Counted from the first letter of the stretch, positions 16,444 to 26,045 are shown. The stretch: DNA of 32,000 nucleotides from Candidatus Iainarchaeum sp. (GCA_028710695.1 JAQTTP010000001.1:180001-212000); one strand, 5' to 3'. The notes: generated by a model from the sequence alone, not told the origin. Made by a program: numbers and translations.

Positions 16444-17436
16444 ATGACACAAGAATTCCTGTTTGCTTTTACCTTTCCTTTTGTAGAGCAATCTAAAAAG
16501 CAAATTCTTGAGATTTCTAGTTCTATAGATAATGTAAAAGACGAAGACCTGAACCTGATCTCTGTGCTTCTTGAAAAAATTATAAATAAAGATTACTCTT
16601 TTTTTGAATATATTCTAAGCTCAGAAGATAAGAGATATTTATTGTATTACCCATATATTAGAATAATATTATCTATTTCTAATAACGGCAAATACTTTTC
16701 TGCATTTAGTGATTCTTATATTTATTTTACAAAAAAAATTATTTCACAATTTGGAATCAAAGAAGTTGCAAATTATTTGAAAATAGATTATAAACTTGAA
16801 GCTGAAAAGTACTGCCTAAACTTTTATGATTATATAAAAGCAAAGATTTATGATGAAAGTCAAAAGTTAACTAATTTTGATGTGAAAGATGGAAAAGTTT
16901 TTTTAAGTTCCAAAGAGTTTGAGGACTATATATCAAGATATGTTTCAAAGCAGGTTGTTACTGGATTGCCATTAAATGTAATTGGCGTAGATAAAAAATT
17001 TGGTGTTGTTGCTGAAAAATTAAAATCTCAAATAAAGGAAATAGAAGTAAAGTATTCAAAAGAGGATTTCAAATATTTCCCGCCTTGCGTAAATAAAATA
17101 ATTGATTCTTTAAATGGCGGTTCGCCATCGCATGCAGAAAGATATTTTTTAGCAACATTTTTGTTTAAAATAAAAATGCCTTTTGAAAGCGTATTAGGGA
17201 TATTTTCTAAAGCATCAGATTATGATGAAAAAATTGCAAAATATCAGCTTAAGAAAATACAGGATGGAAATTATTCTGTTTCCAATTGTCAGAAATTAAA
17301 ATCAATTGGAATAGACTGTGGAGATTGTAATTCTTTAAGTCCAATTGGATATTATTTATATCGTAAAAAGAAAAATAAAAAATACAAGACTTATAATAAA
17401 GAGAATAGTGAGGGCACAAGTAACACAAAAAAATAA
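16444..17436 (+). CDS. priL: Archaeal DNA primase large subunit
   Basis: C-terminal Fe-S-type pattern 'FPPCVNKIIDSLNGGSPSHAERYFLATFLFKIKMPFE...YQLKKIQDGNYSVSNCQKLKSIGIDCGDC'. Confidence 0.85.
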   Translation: MTQEFLFAFTFPFVEQSKKQILEISSSIDNVKDEDLNLISVLLEKIINKDYSFFEYILSSEDKRYLLYYPYIRIILSISNNGKYFSAFSDSYIYFTKKIISQFGIKEVANYLKIDYKLEAEKYCLNFYDYIKAKIYDESQKLTNFDVKDGKVFLSSKEFEDYISRYVSKQVVTGLPLNVIGVDKKFGVVAEKLKSQIKEIEVKYSKEDFKYFPPCVNKIIDSLNGGSPSHAERYFLATFLFKIKMPFESVLGIFSKASDYDEKIAKYQLKKIQDGNYSVSNCQKLKSIGIDCGDCNSLSPIGYYLYRKKKNKKYKTYNKENSEGTSNTKK

Positions 17437-17444
17437 AAGGTGAT

Positions 17445-17948
17445 TTGTTGATTAGTAGAAAACCCTTAGCCAAAAGAAAGCCGCCAGTACCACAAGTAAG
17501 GCACATTGTTAAAAATGAAACAACAGTGGTGTATGCGGGTAGAAAAACCCCTTATGAATTATGGGCTAAACGTAGAAATGCGGTATCAAAGATTCTTGGC
17601 TTTAAAGAAGCAGATAGGCAGTGGGATAGAGATTACTTTGGGCTTGCTGTCCCTCACCATTTTGGTTCTTATGGGCAATTAGTTCTTAGACCTTGGTTCG
17701 TAGAAGGGAAAAGATTTGCATATGTTGAAGGTATAAGAGTAAAAGATTGGTACGAACATAGAGGTCTTGCAACAAGGATGTATAAAAAAGCAGAAGAGAT
17801 TGCAAGAAAACAGGGCTTGCCAGAAATTAGGGTTTGGTTGGTGAATAATATTGAAAGGCAAGAGAAGATTTTGACTGAACTTGGCTGGAAAGAATTTGCA
17901 AAATTAAGTGATAAAAATGGAAAAATGTGGAGTAAAATGTTGATTTAA
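17445..17948 (+). CDS. GNAT-family N-acetyltransferase
   Basis: 'FAYVEGIRVKDWYEHRGLATRMYKKAEEIARKQGLPEIRVWLVNN...LTELGWKEF'. Confidence 0.8.
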   Translation: MLISRKPLAKRKPPVPQVRHIVKNETTVVYAGRKTPYELWAKRRNAVSKILGFKEADRQWDRDYFGLAVPHHFGSYGQLVLRPWFVEGKRFAYVEGIRVKDWYEHRGLATRMYKKAEEIARKQGLPEIRVWLVNNIERQEKILTELGWKEFAKLSDKNGKMWSKMLI

Positions 17949-18661
17949 CTCTTCGCAATATTCCAAAGAAGCTCAAAGAAGTTTCTATTTGTTTCTACTG
18001 CTTTTTTGCTTTTTACAACAAATGCTAATGGTTGTTCTCCCCACACTATTGTGATAAACTTGTCGCCATAAACCATGTTGGTTGAAGGATAATCATATTT
18101 TTCTGGAAGAAATTTCATTATGAAATTTTTTGTGGCTTCTTTAATTTTTTGCTTTTTTATTTTTTTATTATAAATTATTTTTAGAATTATTTTTTTTAAT
18201 TCTCTTTTTTGGTGCCATTTAACATAATAAACTGGAAATAGCTCTTTAAATCTGCTTTGTGCACCGAAAATAAAAATCTCTTTTGAATTTAAAGCATCGT
18301 CGAAGATAAATTTTATTCCTTTCTTGCCACGGAATATTGTTGCATTATCATCTTTTTGTGTATCATAATATGTAGACTTTAGTTCGCCTAGGATATCCAT
18401 TAACTTATTCTGTTTTTCGTCAAGCATTTCTTCTAATATCTTTGGGTTATTTGGCTTAAACATTTTTACATTATTTTCTAGAACATAGCTTACTAGTCCT
18501 TTCTCTACAAGCCTTTCTAATGCATCGTAAACATTTGAGCGGTTTGCCTCGCACTTGTTTGTTATTTTACTTGCTTTTGCTTCTCCCAAAGAAAGCAAGG
18601 CGAGATAGACTTTTGATTCTGTCTCACTTAGTCCAAATTCTTGTAAAGTATTTTCTTGCAT
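17945..18661 (-). CDS. TrmB-family transcriptional regulator
   Basis: 'FGLSETESKVYLALLSLGEAKASKITNKCEANRSNVYDALERLVEKGLVSYV'. Confidence 0.88.
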   Translation of the reverse strand: MQENTLQEFGLSETESKVYLALLSLGEAKASKITNKCEANRSNVYDALERLVEKGLVSYVLENNVKMFKPNNPKILEEMLDEKQNKLMDILGELKSTYYDTQKDDNATIFRGKKGIKFIFDDALNSKEIFIFGAQSRFKELFPVYYVKWHQKRELKKIILKIIYNKKIKKQKIKEATKNFIMKFLPEKYDYPSTNMVYGDKFITIVWGEQPLAFVVKSKKAVETNRNFFELLWNIAKS

Positions 18662-18694
18662 ATAATTTGATAGTTACAAAATGTATTTATTGCT

Positions 18695-18708
18695 GTTGGT
18701 ATGCCAAC
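18695..18708. promoter_or_regulatory. Candidate operator palindrome in TrmB/SBP divergent region
   Basis: GTTGG-TATG-CCAAC. Confidence 0.45.
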
Positions 18709-18746
18709 GACAAGTTAAGAAATACTTGAAAAGATAAAGTATTTAT

Positions 18747-19832
18747 ATGGGTAAAAATATTTTATTGGTGGTAGGAGTTGGATTTATTTTCGTGGCGGCT
18801 ATAATCATTTTTGCCTTTATCTTTTCTGAGCCCGGAACTGCAATTAAAATTGGGGCAATAATTCCTTTAACTGGTGATGTTTCTTATATGGGCCAGAGTA
18901 TGAAAAATGGAATTGATTTGGCGTCTAAAGAAACAGGTTTGAAAGTTGTGTATGAAGATTCACAAGGAAAAAAGGATGTTGCGGTAAATGCATATAATAA
19001 ATTGACGCAACTTGATGGTGTGAATTATATTCTTGGGAGCCAAAGTGGAGTGATTTTGAGTTATTCTTCTCTTGCAAAAGAACAGAAGAAAATAGTTTTT
19101 GCAATTGGAACTGCAAGCCCAGGATTAACAAAAAATAATGATTATCTTTTTAGAAATAATTTGTATACCGCAGAAGAAGCAGAATTTAATGCAAGGCAGA
19201 TTTATAACTTGGGCTATAAAAATTTAGTCTTGTTGGCACACAACCAACCAGGTGGGGTGGATTATTTGAAAATAATTTCTGATAATTATGGTGGAAAAAT
19301 AGAATTCCAAGAAATATTTTATAGTGCCCTGGACTTCAAAACAATTTTGAGCAAAATAAAAGATTCAAATGCTGATTCTGTGTTTGTATATTCCTATGCT
19401 TCTGAGCTAGCAGAGTTGTTAAAGGAAAGTTATGGTTTGGGATTAAATGTAAGATGGTTTAGCTTCTTTGCAATGGAAGAAAAAACAATTCATAACTTGC
19501 CATTGAATGTAAAAGAGGGTCTAGTTTACTCTTACCCAATAGATGATAAAAATCCAAAATATTTAGAATTTCAAGAAAAATACTTTTCTGTGTATGGGGA
19601 ATACCCTGACTTGTTTGCAGCGCTGGCTTATGATAATATTTTTATGTTAAAGCAAGCAATGCAAGGTTGTGAATATGAAAACACAGATTGTGTGAAAGAT
19701 AATTTGTTAGAGATAAAAGAGTTTGAGGGTGTAAGCGGGCTAACAAGTATAGATTCAGATGGAGATTCCCACAAACCAATATATCTAAAAACAATTAAGG
19801 ATGGAGAATTTGTAATGTTTGAAAATCAGTAA
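18747..19832 (+). CDS. LivK-like ABC substrate-binding protein with N-terminal TM anchor
   Basis: 'IKIGAIIPLTGDVSYMGQSMKNGIDLASKETGLKVVYEDSQGKKDVAVNAYNKL'. Confidence 0.88.
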   Translation: MGKNILLVVGVGFIFVAAIIIFAFIFSEPGTAIKIGAIIPLTGDVSYMGQSMKNGIDLASKETGLKVVYEDSQGKKDVAVNAYNKLTQLDGVNYILGSQSGVILSYSSLAKEQKKIVFAIGTASPGLTKNNDYLFRNNLYTAEEAEFNARQIYNLGYKNLVLLAHNQPGGVDYLKIISDNYGGKIEFQEIFYSALDFKTILSKIKDSNADSVFVYSYASELAELLKESYGLGLNVRWFSFFAMEEKTIHNLPLNVKEGLVYSYPIDDKNPKYLEFQEKYFSVYGEYPDLFAALAYDNIFMLKQAMQGCEYENTDCVKDNLLEIKEFEGVSGLTSIDSDGDSHKPIYLKTIKDGEFVMFENQ

Positions 19833-20158
19833 GGCGGATCTATCTTTATTTGTATTCCAGTTTCTGTTTTAAAAAGAATTATTGTATATTGTGTCTTGCG
19901 TGATCCTCTCTGGTTAGTTAATTTAAAAGAAAATCTTTCTTCTCCTTTTTCTAAAGCTCTCAAAGCACCAGTCAATCCAGCAAGCAAAGCTCGCTTTGCA
20001 TTTGTCTCTAGTCTGCGAAACAGATAATTTATCTCCTCTCGTTTTAGAAGCTCTTCAGGATGGATTTTTGTAGGTCTTTCGGGAGCCACATGTTCAATCA
20101 GTTTTCTTTCTTCTTGTTTTTCCCGTCTTCTGAAGCGTTCAAGTAGCCTTCTAAACAT
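19826..20158 (-). CDS. Hypothetical protein (110 aa)
   Basis: ORF immediately downstream of the NAC gene on the same strand. Confidence 0.55.
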   Translation of the reverse strand: MFRRLLERFRRREKQEERKLIEHVAPERPTKIHPEELLKREEINYLFRRLETNAKRALLAGLTGALRALEKGEERFSFKLTNQRGSRKTQYTIILFKTETGIQIKIDPPY

Positions 20159-20165
20159 AAAAGAT

Positions 20166-20513
20166 TCACTTCTTTAATCCCATGATTGCTTCTGCCACAT
20201 TGCCATTTGCTTTCTCAAGAGCTTTCTTTGCTTTATCTTTTGTAACTCCTGCCTTTTCCATAATAAGTTTAATATCATCTTCGTTTATTCCTGATTCTTC
20301 TTTTGATTCTCCAATAACTTGGTATGTGTCTGTTCCCTTTATTGTTGTCTTTGTTACTTGGGGATTTTCAAAGATCATTTTCTTGTCTTCAAGTTCAAAA
20401 ATTATTTTCTTAACAGTCATTTCCTCTGTTTCAATTCCCATTTGTTTCATCATTGCTTGCATTCTTCTTGGATCCATATTTCCTAAACCGCCAAACATCT
20501 TTATCACTCTCAA
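20166..20513 (-). CDS. nac: Archaeal nascent polypeptide-associated complex protein
   Basis: 'GGLGNMDPRRMQAMMKQMGIETEEM...' and C-terminal UBA 'INEDDIKLIMEKAGVTKDKAKKALEKANGNVAEAIMGLKK'. Confidence 0.93.
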   Translation of the reverse strand: MRVIKMFGGLGNMDPRRMQAMMKQMGIETEEMTVKKIIFELEDKKMIFENPQVTKTTIKGTDTYQVIGESKEESGINEDDIKLIMEKAGVTKDKAKKALEKANGNVAEAIMGLKK

Positions 20514-21370
20514 ATTAATAAATAACTTTCAATTAGTGCTCCGATTAATAAACATACGACTGCCAAAATTATTAAAATAATAACATCTACAATTGTGTTC
20601 CTTACTGTTTTTACATCTTTATAATAATGTCCAACTAACATTGCAGAAATAATTCCTCCTGCAACAGCACCAACAAAATATGCAAAGATTTCAAAAATCC
20701 CGTGTGGCAAAATCCCAAGAGACAGATAAGTGGCATGAGCAAAGGCCATTGCTTTAGCCGCGACCCCAAAATGGAGATATTTGTTTACCAAGTTCAAGAC
20801 GTTTGAACCAATAATAACCCCTAGGATTGAGGCCTGATAAGCAATCAAGAATACCGCTCCAGCACCATATACGAACGAGAGGAGGATAATTGCTAATAAA
20901 ACCTGCAAGTTGTTAACAAAAATTAAACTAAAAAATGCTTCTCCTTTTTGGGTAAAGTATGCGAATTTTGCATTTACTACGTCCTTTACTGTGCTAATAT
21001 TTTGTAGAGTTTTCATCTGATCTGAAAATAAAGTCATTCTAATGTCATCAGGTACTAATATAAAAATTACACTAAAAACAAAGGTGATTACTAAGAAAAT
21101 CTTTGCATAAGCCATGAATACAAAGCTATATTTTTTCCAGAGGTTGAATTTGTAGTCTCCTGTTTCTTGCTTCTCAAGCATTTGGAACGTGCTATACATC
21201 AGATAGGTAAATGCAATAGAAATAAAGGCAATTGTAAGAATACTTGCGGAATCAGGGAAGAAAAAATAAGATGTAAAACAAGCGATTACAGTGATGATTG
21301 CTGTATATAGGATAAGTTTGAAATGAGAGTGTAAAAGATCCTTTGTTTTGAATATGTGCTCTAAAACCAT
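20510..21370 (-). CDS. SpoIIM/DUF95-family integral membrane protein
   Basis: Six or so hydrophobic segments with 'ATYLSLGILPHGIFEIFAYFVGAVAGG' (SpoIIM-like 'LPHGIFEL'). Confidence 0.8.
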   Translation of the reverse strand: MVLEHIFKTKDLLHSHFKLILYTAIITVIACFTSYFFFPDSASILTIAFISIAFTYLMYSTFQMLEKQETGDYKFNLWKKYSFVFMAYAKIFLVITFVFSVIFILVPDDIRMTLFSDQMKTLQNISTVKDVVNAKFAYFTQKGEAFFSLIFVNNLQVLLAIILLSFVYGAGAVFLIAYQASILGVIIGSNVLNLVNKYLHFGVAAKAMAFAHATYLSLGILPHGIFEIFAYFVGAVAGGIISAMLVGHYYKDVKTVRNTIVDVIILIILAVVCLLIGALIESYLLI

Positions 21371-21500
21371 ACATTACACCTTATTTTACATATAATTATG
21401 GGGCTTAAACTTAAAATTCTAATCTAATATATAAATATATTGTTCTAATAAATATTAGTACTATTCTAGAATACTTTTTTTTGGAGTTTTTGGTGTTTTT

Positions 21501-22052
21501 ATGAAGAAAATTGCAGTTACAGGCGAAAAGTTAGGGAATGAAGAAGATCTGATGATAGTTGGGGATGCATATATTGATAATGCCGGAAACATATTCCCTC
21601 GAAGTGCAAGCACAGTTGAACTTGACGACGACACAATTACAATAGAATCTTTGCATAAACAGAAGATTTTACAGGGGGATATTGTAGTTGGATCCGTAGT
21701 AGAAATAAAAAAGAATTATGCTACTTTAGAACTACAAAAAAACATAACTATGGACAAAACAATATCTGGAAAAGCAAATTTGAGTATGTCTGAAATTGCA
21801 TTTGCATATGTTAAAGAAATTAGGGACGCTTTAAGAATAGGCGATATTGTAAAAGCAAAAGTAAAAAGCTGTGAAAAAAATGTAGTTGAATTGACATTAA
21901 AGGACAGGGGCTCAGGAGTAATAATTGCTTATTGTATGGGCTGTAGAAGAAAATTAGACAAAAAAATTATATTTAGAAATAAAGATATATCAACTATCCA
22001 ATGCAGTAATTGTCATGCAAAGCAGACAAGAAAATTTGAAGGAGGATTCTAA
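21501..22052 (+). CDS. csl4: Exosome Csl4-like RNA-binding protein
   Basis: 'GDAYIDNAGNIFPRSA', S1-like 'GDIVKAKVKSCEKNVVELTLKDRGSGVI', C-terminal zinc ribbon 'CMGCRRKL...IQCSNC'. Confidence 0.9.
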   Translation: MKKIAVTGEKLGNEEDLMIVGDAYIDNAGNIFPRSASTVELDDDTITIESLHKQKILQGDIVVGSVVEIKKNYATLELQKNITMDKTISGKANLSMSEIAFAYVKEIRDALRIGDIVKAKVKSCEKNVVELTLKDRGSGVIIAYCMGCRRKLDKKIIFRNKDISTIQCSNCHAKQTRKFEGGF

Positions 22053-22364
22053 ATGGAAGTAGAAATGTTAAAGAAAACAAAGAACGAAATTGAGTTTAAA
22101 ATAATTGGTGATAAATACACAGTAACTGGATTTTTACAAAAGAAATTATTAGCAGATAAAGACGTTGAATTTGCTGCTTATTATATAGATCACCCAGACA
22201 AGGATGAATGTAAGTTTACATTAAGAACTGTAAAAGGTGTTGATGCAAAAGACGCTTTGGATAAAGCCATGAGCGAATGTAAAAAAGAAATGGCAGAATT
22301 AAATAAACAAGTTTTAGCATTGCTTTCAGAAGTTTCTTCAAAAAAGAAAGCAAAGAAGAAATAA
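22053..22364 (+). CDS. rpoL: DNA-directed RNA polymerase subunit L (Rpb11/AC19-like)
   Basis: 'FAAYYIDHPDKDECKFTLRTVKGVDAKDALDKAMSECKKEM'. Confidence 0.8.
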   Translation: MEVEMLKKTKNEIEFKIIGDKYTVTGFLQKKLLADKDVEFAAYYIDHPDKDECKFTLRTVKGVDAKDALDKAMSECKKEMAELNKQVLALLSEVSSKKKAKKK

Positions 22365-22390
22365 GCATCTAAATCTGTTGTGGGTGCATT

Positions 22391-23104
22391 ATGGTCTGGA
22401 AAGAAATAAAAGCAAAGTTAAAATGGATAGACCCATTCACCTACCTTGATTTTTTTATTGAGTTCCTACATAAAAAAGGAATAAACTATAAAATATTGGA
22501 TATTGTTTTACAAATTCTATATGCTCTTCTTTTGGCATATATTACAATCCTAATTATTGGCCTTTTCACTGGTGCAGCAAAACCAATTACAATTGTTGTT
22601 ACTGGATCCATGGAACCAAATGTAAACATTGGGGATTTCTTATTTATTGGGTCAGCAAAGAATATCGAAACTACTGATGTTTATTATAATGGAAATGTTG
22701 GCGGAAAAGATGTAAAAGAATTTTTGGAACCAATATTTGTTAATGGTAATACGACAAAAGTAAAAATAGATGGAAATATTTACGATTTAAACACAAACGC
22801 GGACGTGGTTGTATATTATTCTCCGATAGTTAATAAGGATTTAGTGCATAGGGCTGTGCTAAAAATCCATGCAAATGACGGGATATTTTATATTACAAAA
22901 GGAGACAACACAGAAACTAATTTTATGATAGACGAAGATTGTAATTTTGTTTACGGTCCTTATATAGTAACTGATGCTTGTTTGTATAAAACAGCAATTC
23001 CAGAAAGTGAACTGCAAGGAAAAATGCTTTGGAAAATACCCTATTTAGGATATATAAAAGTTATACCCTATAAAATCTTTTTATGGGTGAAGGGTTTATT
23101 TTAA
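22391..23104 (+). CDS. Signal peptidase I, archaeal/ER type (S26B)
   Basis: 'ITIVVTGSMEPNVNIGDFLFIG' and 'PIVNKDLVHRAVLKIHANDGIFYITKGDNTETNFMID', flanked by TM segments. Confidence 0.9.
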   Translation: MVWKEIKAKLKWIDPFTYLDFFIEFLHKKGINYKILDIVLQILYALLLAYITILIIGLFTGAAKPITIVVTGSMEPNVNIGDFLFIGSAKNIETTDVYYNGNVGGKDVKEFLEPIFVNGNTTKVKIDGNIYDLNTNADVVVYYSPIVNKDLVHRAVLKIHANDGIFYITKGDNTETNFMIDEDCNFVYGPYIVTDACLYKTAIPESELQGKMLWKIPYLGYIKVIPYKIFLWVKGLF

Positions 23105-24469
23105 GCCAAGTAATCTTTTCATTTCAGCATGTGGTGGTGGAACCTTTTGAGCAGCAGCAAGTAGAATTCTATTTGTTTCTCTAAACCCCACTCCAGATCT
23201 AGTAAGCCCTTTTCTTAAATTTGTTTCTTGTCCTAAAATTTCCACTCTTATTTTGTTCCAATCTTGTTCATTTAATCTGGAAAAAACATCTCCTTGTAGC
23301 TTTCTTAAAGCCTCGCGGTCTCCAAAGAATTGACCATAAAATAAAGGTGCAAACTTGGTTACATTCTTGCCTGTTCCAGTAACGTGTATATGTGACTGGC
23401 AAAGGTCCAAGCCCCCCGCTTTACATTCTTTAATAAGATCTGGGCCAACATCGGCCTTTCCAATGACTGCATAATCTAAATCACTTTCTGGAGTAAAATA
23501 CCCTTTCTCTGTACTGCCAAATATAGTTAATCCAATAAAATCTTTATGTTTTTTTCTAAGTGTAGAAACAATAGATGAGATTTTTCTATTTCTTTCTGCT
23601 AAAGCTTTTATGTGACTTGTTGCAAGCACAGATTCTCTTGATCCCATTAATAATGGCTTCCCAAATTCTTTTTGTTCAATTATATTTATGCTTTTTTTTG
23701 CTTCATTGACTACAAGATAAGAATTATCAGCAAGAAGTTTTTGTAATAATGGAAGTGCTTCTATGCCGACAACAGGAAGCTTTAGAGCTAAAAAAACTCT
23801 CACTCCAATTTTTGGATCATTAGCAAAATGTTCTAAATATTGTAGTGACTTTGGGCCAATTGTGGCAAAGGCGTCAATTAATATCATTTTTGTATCAGAT
23901 CTAAAGGCGTGTATTGCAGACCCCAGATAAGGTAGTGCCTTTTCACCGAAACTTGTTAATGCTCTTATTGAAGCAATGGATAGGTAAGGGTCTTCAGAAA
24001 CAAGAGCGATGTTCAAATATTCCAATGCCTTTTCACCACAAAAACCAAGAGCAACAATGTGTTTTAGCCGATCTATTGTGGACCCATCATTAATTAGATT
24101 AATTATCTCTTGTTTTTTCCCTTTTGCTAATAAATCTTTAAGCATTCTAACTGTTTTGTCTGATTTTACAACAGGAAATGTTTGTCCAGATGCAACTTCT
24201 AATTTTGAGACTTGTTCTTTTGAAAGGTGCTTTTTTAATGTGCTTGGTTCGATTCTTTTTAACCACCTTGCAGCAAGCTCCCTAAGAACAGGATCCTTGT
24301 GATCTAATAGGGACACAACCCCTCTTATATTTAGTCGTCTTCTTTGAAATTGCCTATATTCTGGCGGGTAGTGATCATGGGGGAAAGTAGGATTAAGGCT
24401 AAGGTCATGTCTTTCTTGTTCTAATCTTGCTTTAAATAATTGTTCGTGAAATTTAGTTGGCCTGGGCAT
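23096..24469 (-). CDS. HEAT-repeat protein fused to a minimal nucleotidyltransferase domain
   Basis: N-terminal HEAT-like helical repeats ('PYLSIASIRALTSFGEKALPYLGSAI...') and 'IGLTIFGSTEKGYFTPESDLDYAVIG' (GSxxxGxxxxxSDxDxxV). Confidence 0.75.
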   Translation of the reverse strand: MPRPTKFHEQLFKARLEQERHDLSLNPTFPHDHYPPEYRQFQRRRLNIRGVVSLLDHKDPVLRELAARWLKRIEPSTLKKHLSKEQVSKLEVASGQTFPVVKSDKTVRMLKDLLAKGKKQEIINLINDGSTIDRLKHIVALGFCGEKALEYLNIALVSEDPYLSIASIRALTSFGEKALPYLGSAIHAFRSDTKMILIDAFATIGPKSLQYLEHFANDPKIGVRVFLALKLPVVGIEALPLLQKLLADNSYLVVNEAKKSINIIEQKEFGKPLLMGSRESVLATSHIKALAERNRKISSIVSTLRKKHKDFIGLTIFGSTEKGYFTPESDLDYAVIGKADVGPDLIKECKAGGLDLCQSHIHVTGTGKNVTKFAPLFYGQFFGDREALRKLQGDVFSRLNEQDWNKIRVEILGQETNLRKGLTRSGVGFRETNRILLAAAQKVPPPHAEMKRLLGLK

Positions 24470-24600
24470 ATATAAAGAAGGGGGCTTAGATATTTATATT
24501 TACAGGGGGTAATAGGAACCTTGGTTCTTATGGCTATACATAAAAGAGTACTTTTTTAATAGCTACGGCCCAAAGATATATAGTTATAGGAGGATTCCTT

Positions 24601-25341
24601 ATGAAGTTAATATTACCAGACTCCAAGGTGTTAAAACAAAGCTTAGATGCGATTGCGGAACTAATTACTGATGCTGAATTTGTTGTTAATGAATACGGTT
24701 TATCTTTAAAGGCTATTGACCCTAGCCAAATTGCTTTGGTGGTATACAACCTGCCAAGAGATTCTTTTGAAGATTTTAAAGTTACTGGCCAGAAGAAATT
24801 AGGGCTTAATATTCCAAGTTTACAGCAAATAATAAAGAGAGCTAAGCCAGAAGATAAAGTTATTTTAGAAGTTGGAACAAATAAGAGACTTAATGTTACT
24901 TTACAAGGAACCACAAAAAGATCCTTTTCTATAAATTTGTTAGATTTATCTAACTCTGAATTACCAAACCCAAGCATAAATTATGATGTTTTTATTAAAG
25001 TAAGAGCCCCTGTTTTGGCTGATGGTGTAAAGGATGCTGCTTTGTTTGCATCTTATTTGACACTAAAAGTAGACAGTGAGAATATTGTAATTTCTACAAC
25101 AAGCACAAAAGGTGAGTTGAACTCTGAAACAAGTTTGACTAGTGCAGATGTTTTGGATAAGGACATAAAAGGCGAGGCAAGATCAATTTATTCTATTGAC
25201 TTTTTGGAAAGTTTATTAAAAGGCGCAACAAATGAGACTGAATTAGAGATCTCTCTTAAGACAGATGCTCCTTTGAAATTAAAGTATAAAATCCAAGAAT
25301 CTACAATACAGTATTTCCTTGCTCCTAGAATCGAAGAGTGA
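24601..25341 (+). CDS. pcn: DNA polymerase sliding clamp (PCNA), copy 1
   Basis: 'MKLILPDSKVLKQSLDAIAELITDAEFVVNEYGLSLKAIDPSQIALVVYNLP', C-terminus 'YKIQESTIQYFLAPRIEE'; RBS-like GGAGG about 8 nt upstream. Confidence 0.95.
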   Translation: MKLILPDSKVLKQSLDAIAELITDAEFVVNEYGLSLKAIDPSQIALVVYNLPRDSFEDFKVTGQKKLGLNIPSLQQIIKRAKPEDKVILEVGTNKRLNVTLQGTTKRSFSINLLDLSNSELPNPSINYDVFIKVRAPVLADGVKDAALFASYLTLKVDSENIVISTTSTKGELNSETSLTSADVLDKDIKGEARSIYSIDFLESLLKGATNETELEISLKTDAPLKLKYKIQESTIQYFLAPRIEE

Positions 25342-25345
25342 GATA

Positions 25346-26038
25346 ATGATAATAAAAGACACAGAGAATTTCAAAAAAGCAATTGACCAATTGGCAACAA
25401 TTGTAGAGGAGGGAAACCTCCATATTTCTGTTTCTGGAATTAATGTAATTGCACTAGATAAAACTAATATTGTTTTTTTGAAAGTTCTATTTCCTGATTC
25501 TGTAATTGAGAATAGTTTAGAACCAATCGCAGTTGGTCTAAATTTTCAAGAGTTTAATAGAATAATTGCTAAAGTTGGAAATGATGAAAGTATAAATTTG
25601 ATAATACACGAGACCGAAATTGAACTAAAAACAGAAGGAAATTATTCGAGAAGCTATTTTTTACCAATAATTGAAGTTAAAGATCCAAGCATTGATTTTA
25701 AATTAGATAAATATCAGATTTCTATTTCTGAAAAAGGCCAAGTATTAAGAGATATATTTAGAAGTGCTACAACTGTTGCAACAACAGTAACTTTTAAAGC
25801 TGCAGAAAGATTAGATATTATTGCGGAAGGAATTCAAGGAAGATTTGTAACTAATATGACTACTGAAAAAGAAGTTAGTCCTTTTAGCGTAAGATATTCT
25901 ACTTTACAGCTTTACAATTTGATAAAAAACGCAGGCGATGAAATAACTGTAAAGCTTGGAAATAATTCTCCCTTGTATGGAAAATACAAGATAGGAGAAA
26001 TAAGTGTGGAGTTTATGCTTGCTCATATGCTAATATAA
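25346..26038 (+). CDS. Divergent second PCNA-like sliding clamp paralog (start MIIKDTENFKKAIDQL at 25346)
   Basis: 'FKKAIDQLATIVEEGNLHISVSGINVIALDKTNIVFLKVLFP'; 'YSTLQLYNLIKNAGDEITVKLGNNSPLYGKYKIGEISVEFMLAHMLI'; 4 nt after copy 1. Confidence 0.85.
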   Translation: MIIKDTENFKKAIDQLATIVEEGNLHISVSGINVIALDKTNIVFLKVLFPDSVIENSLEPIAVGLNFQEFNRIIAKVGNDESINLIIHETEIELKTEGNYSRSYFLPIIEVKDPSIDFKLDKYQISISEKGQVLRDIFRSATTVATTVTFKAAERLDIIAEGIQGRFVTNMTTEKEVSPFSVRYSTLQLYNLIKNAGDEITVKLGNNSPLYGKYKIGEISVEFMLAHMLI

Positions 26039-26045
26039 TAAATAA

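Noticed and set aside
24534-24977. Minus-strand 147-aa ORF
   Set aside because: Antisense to the clear PCNA gene.
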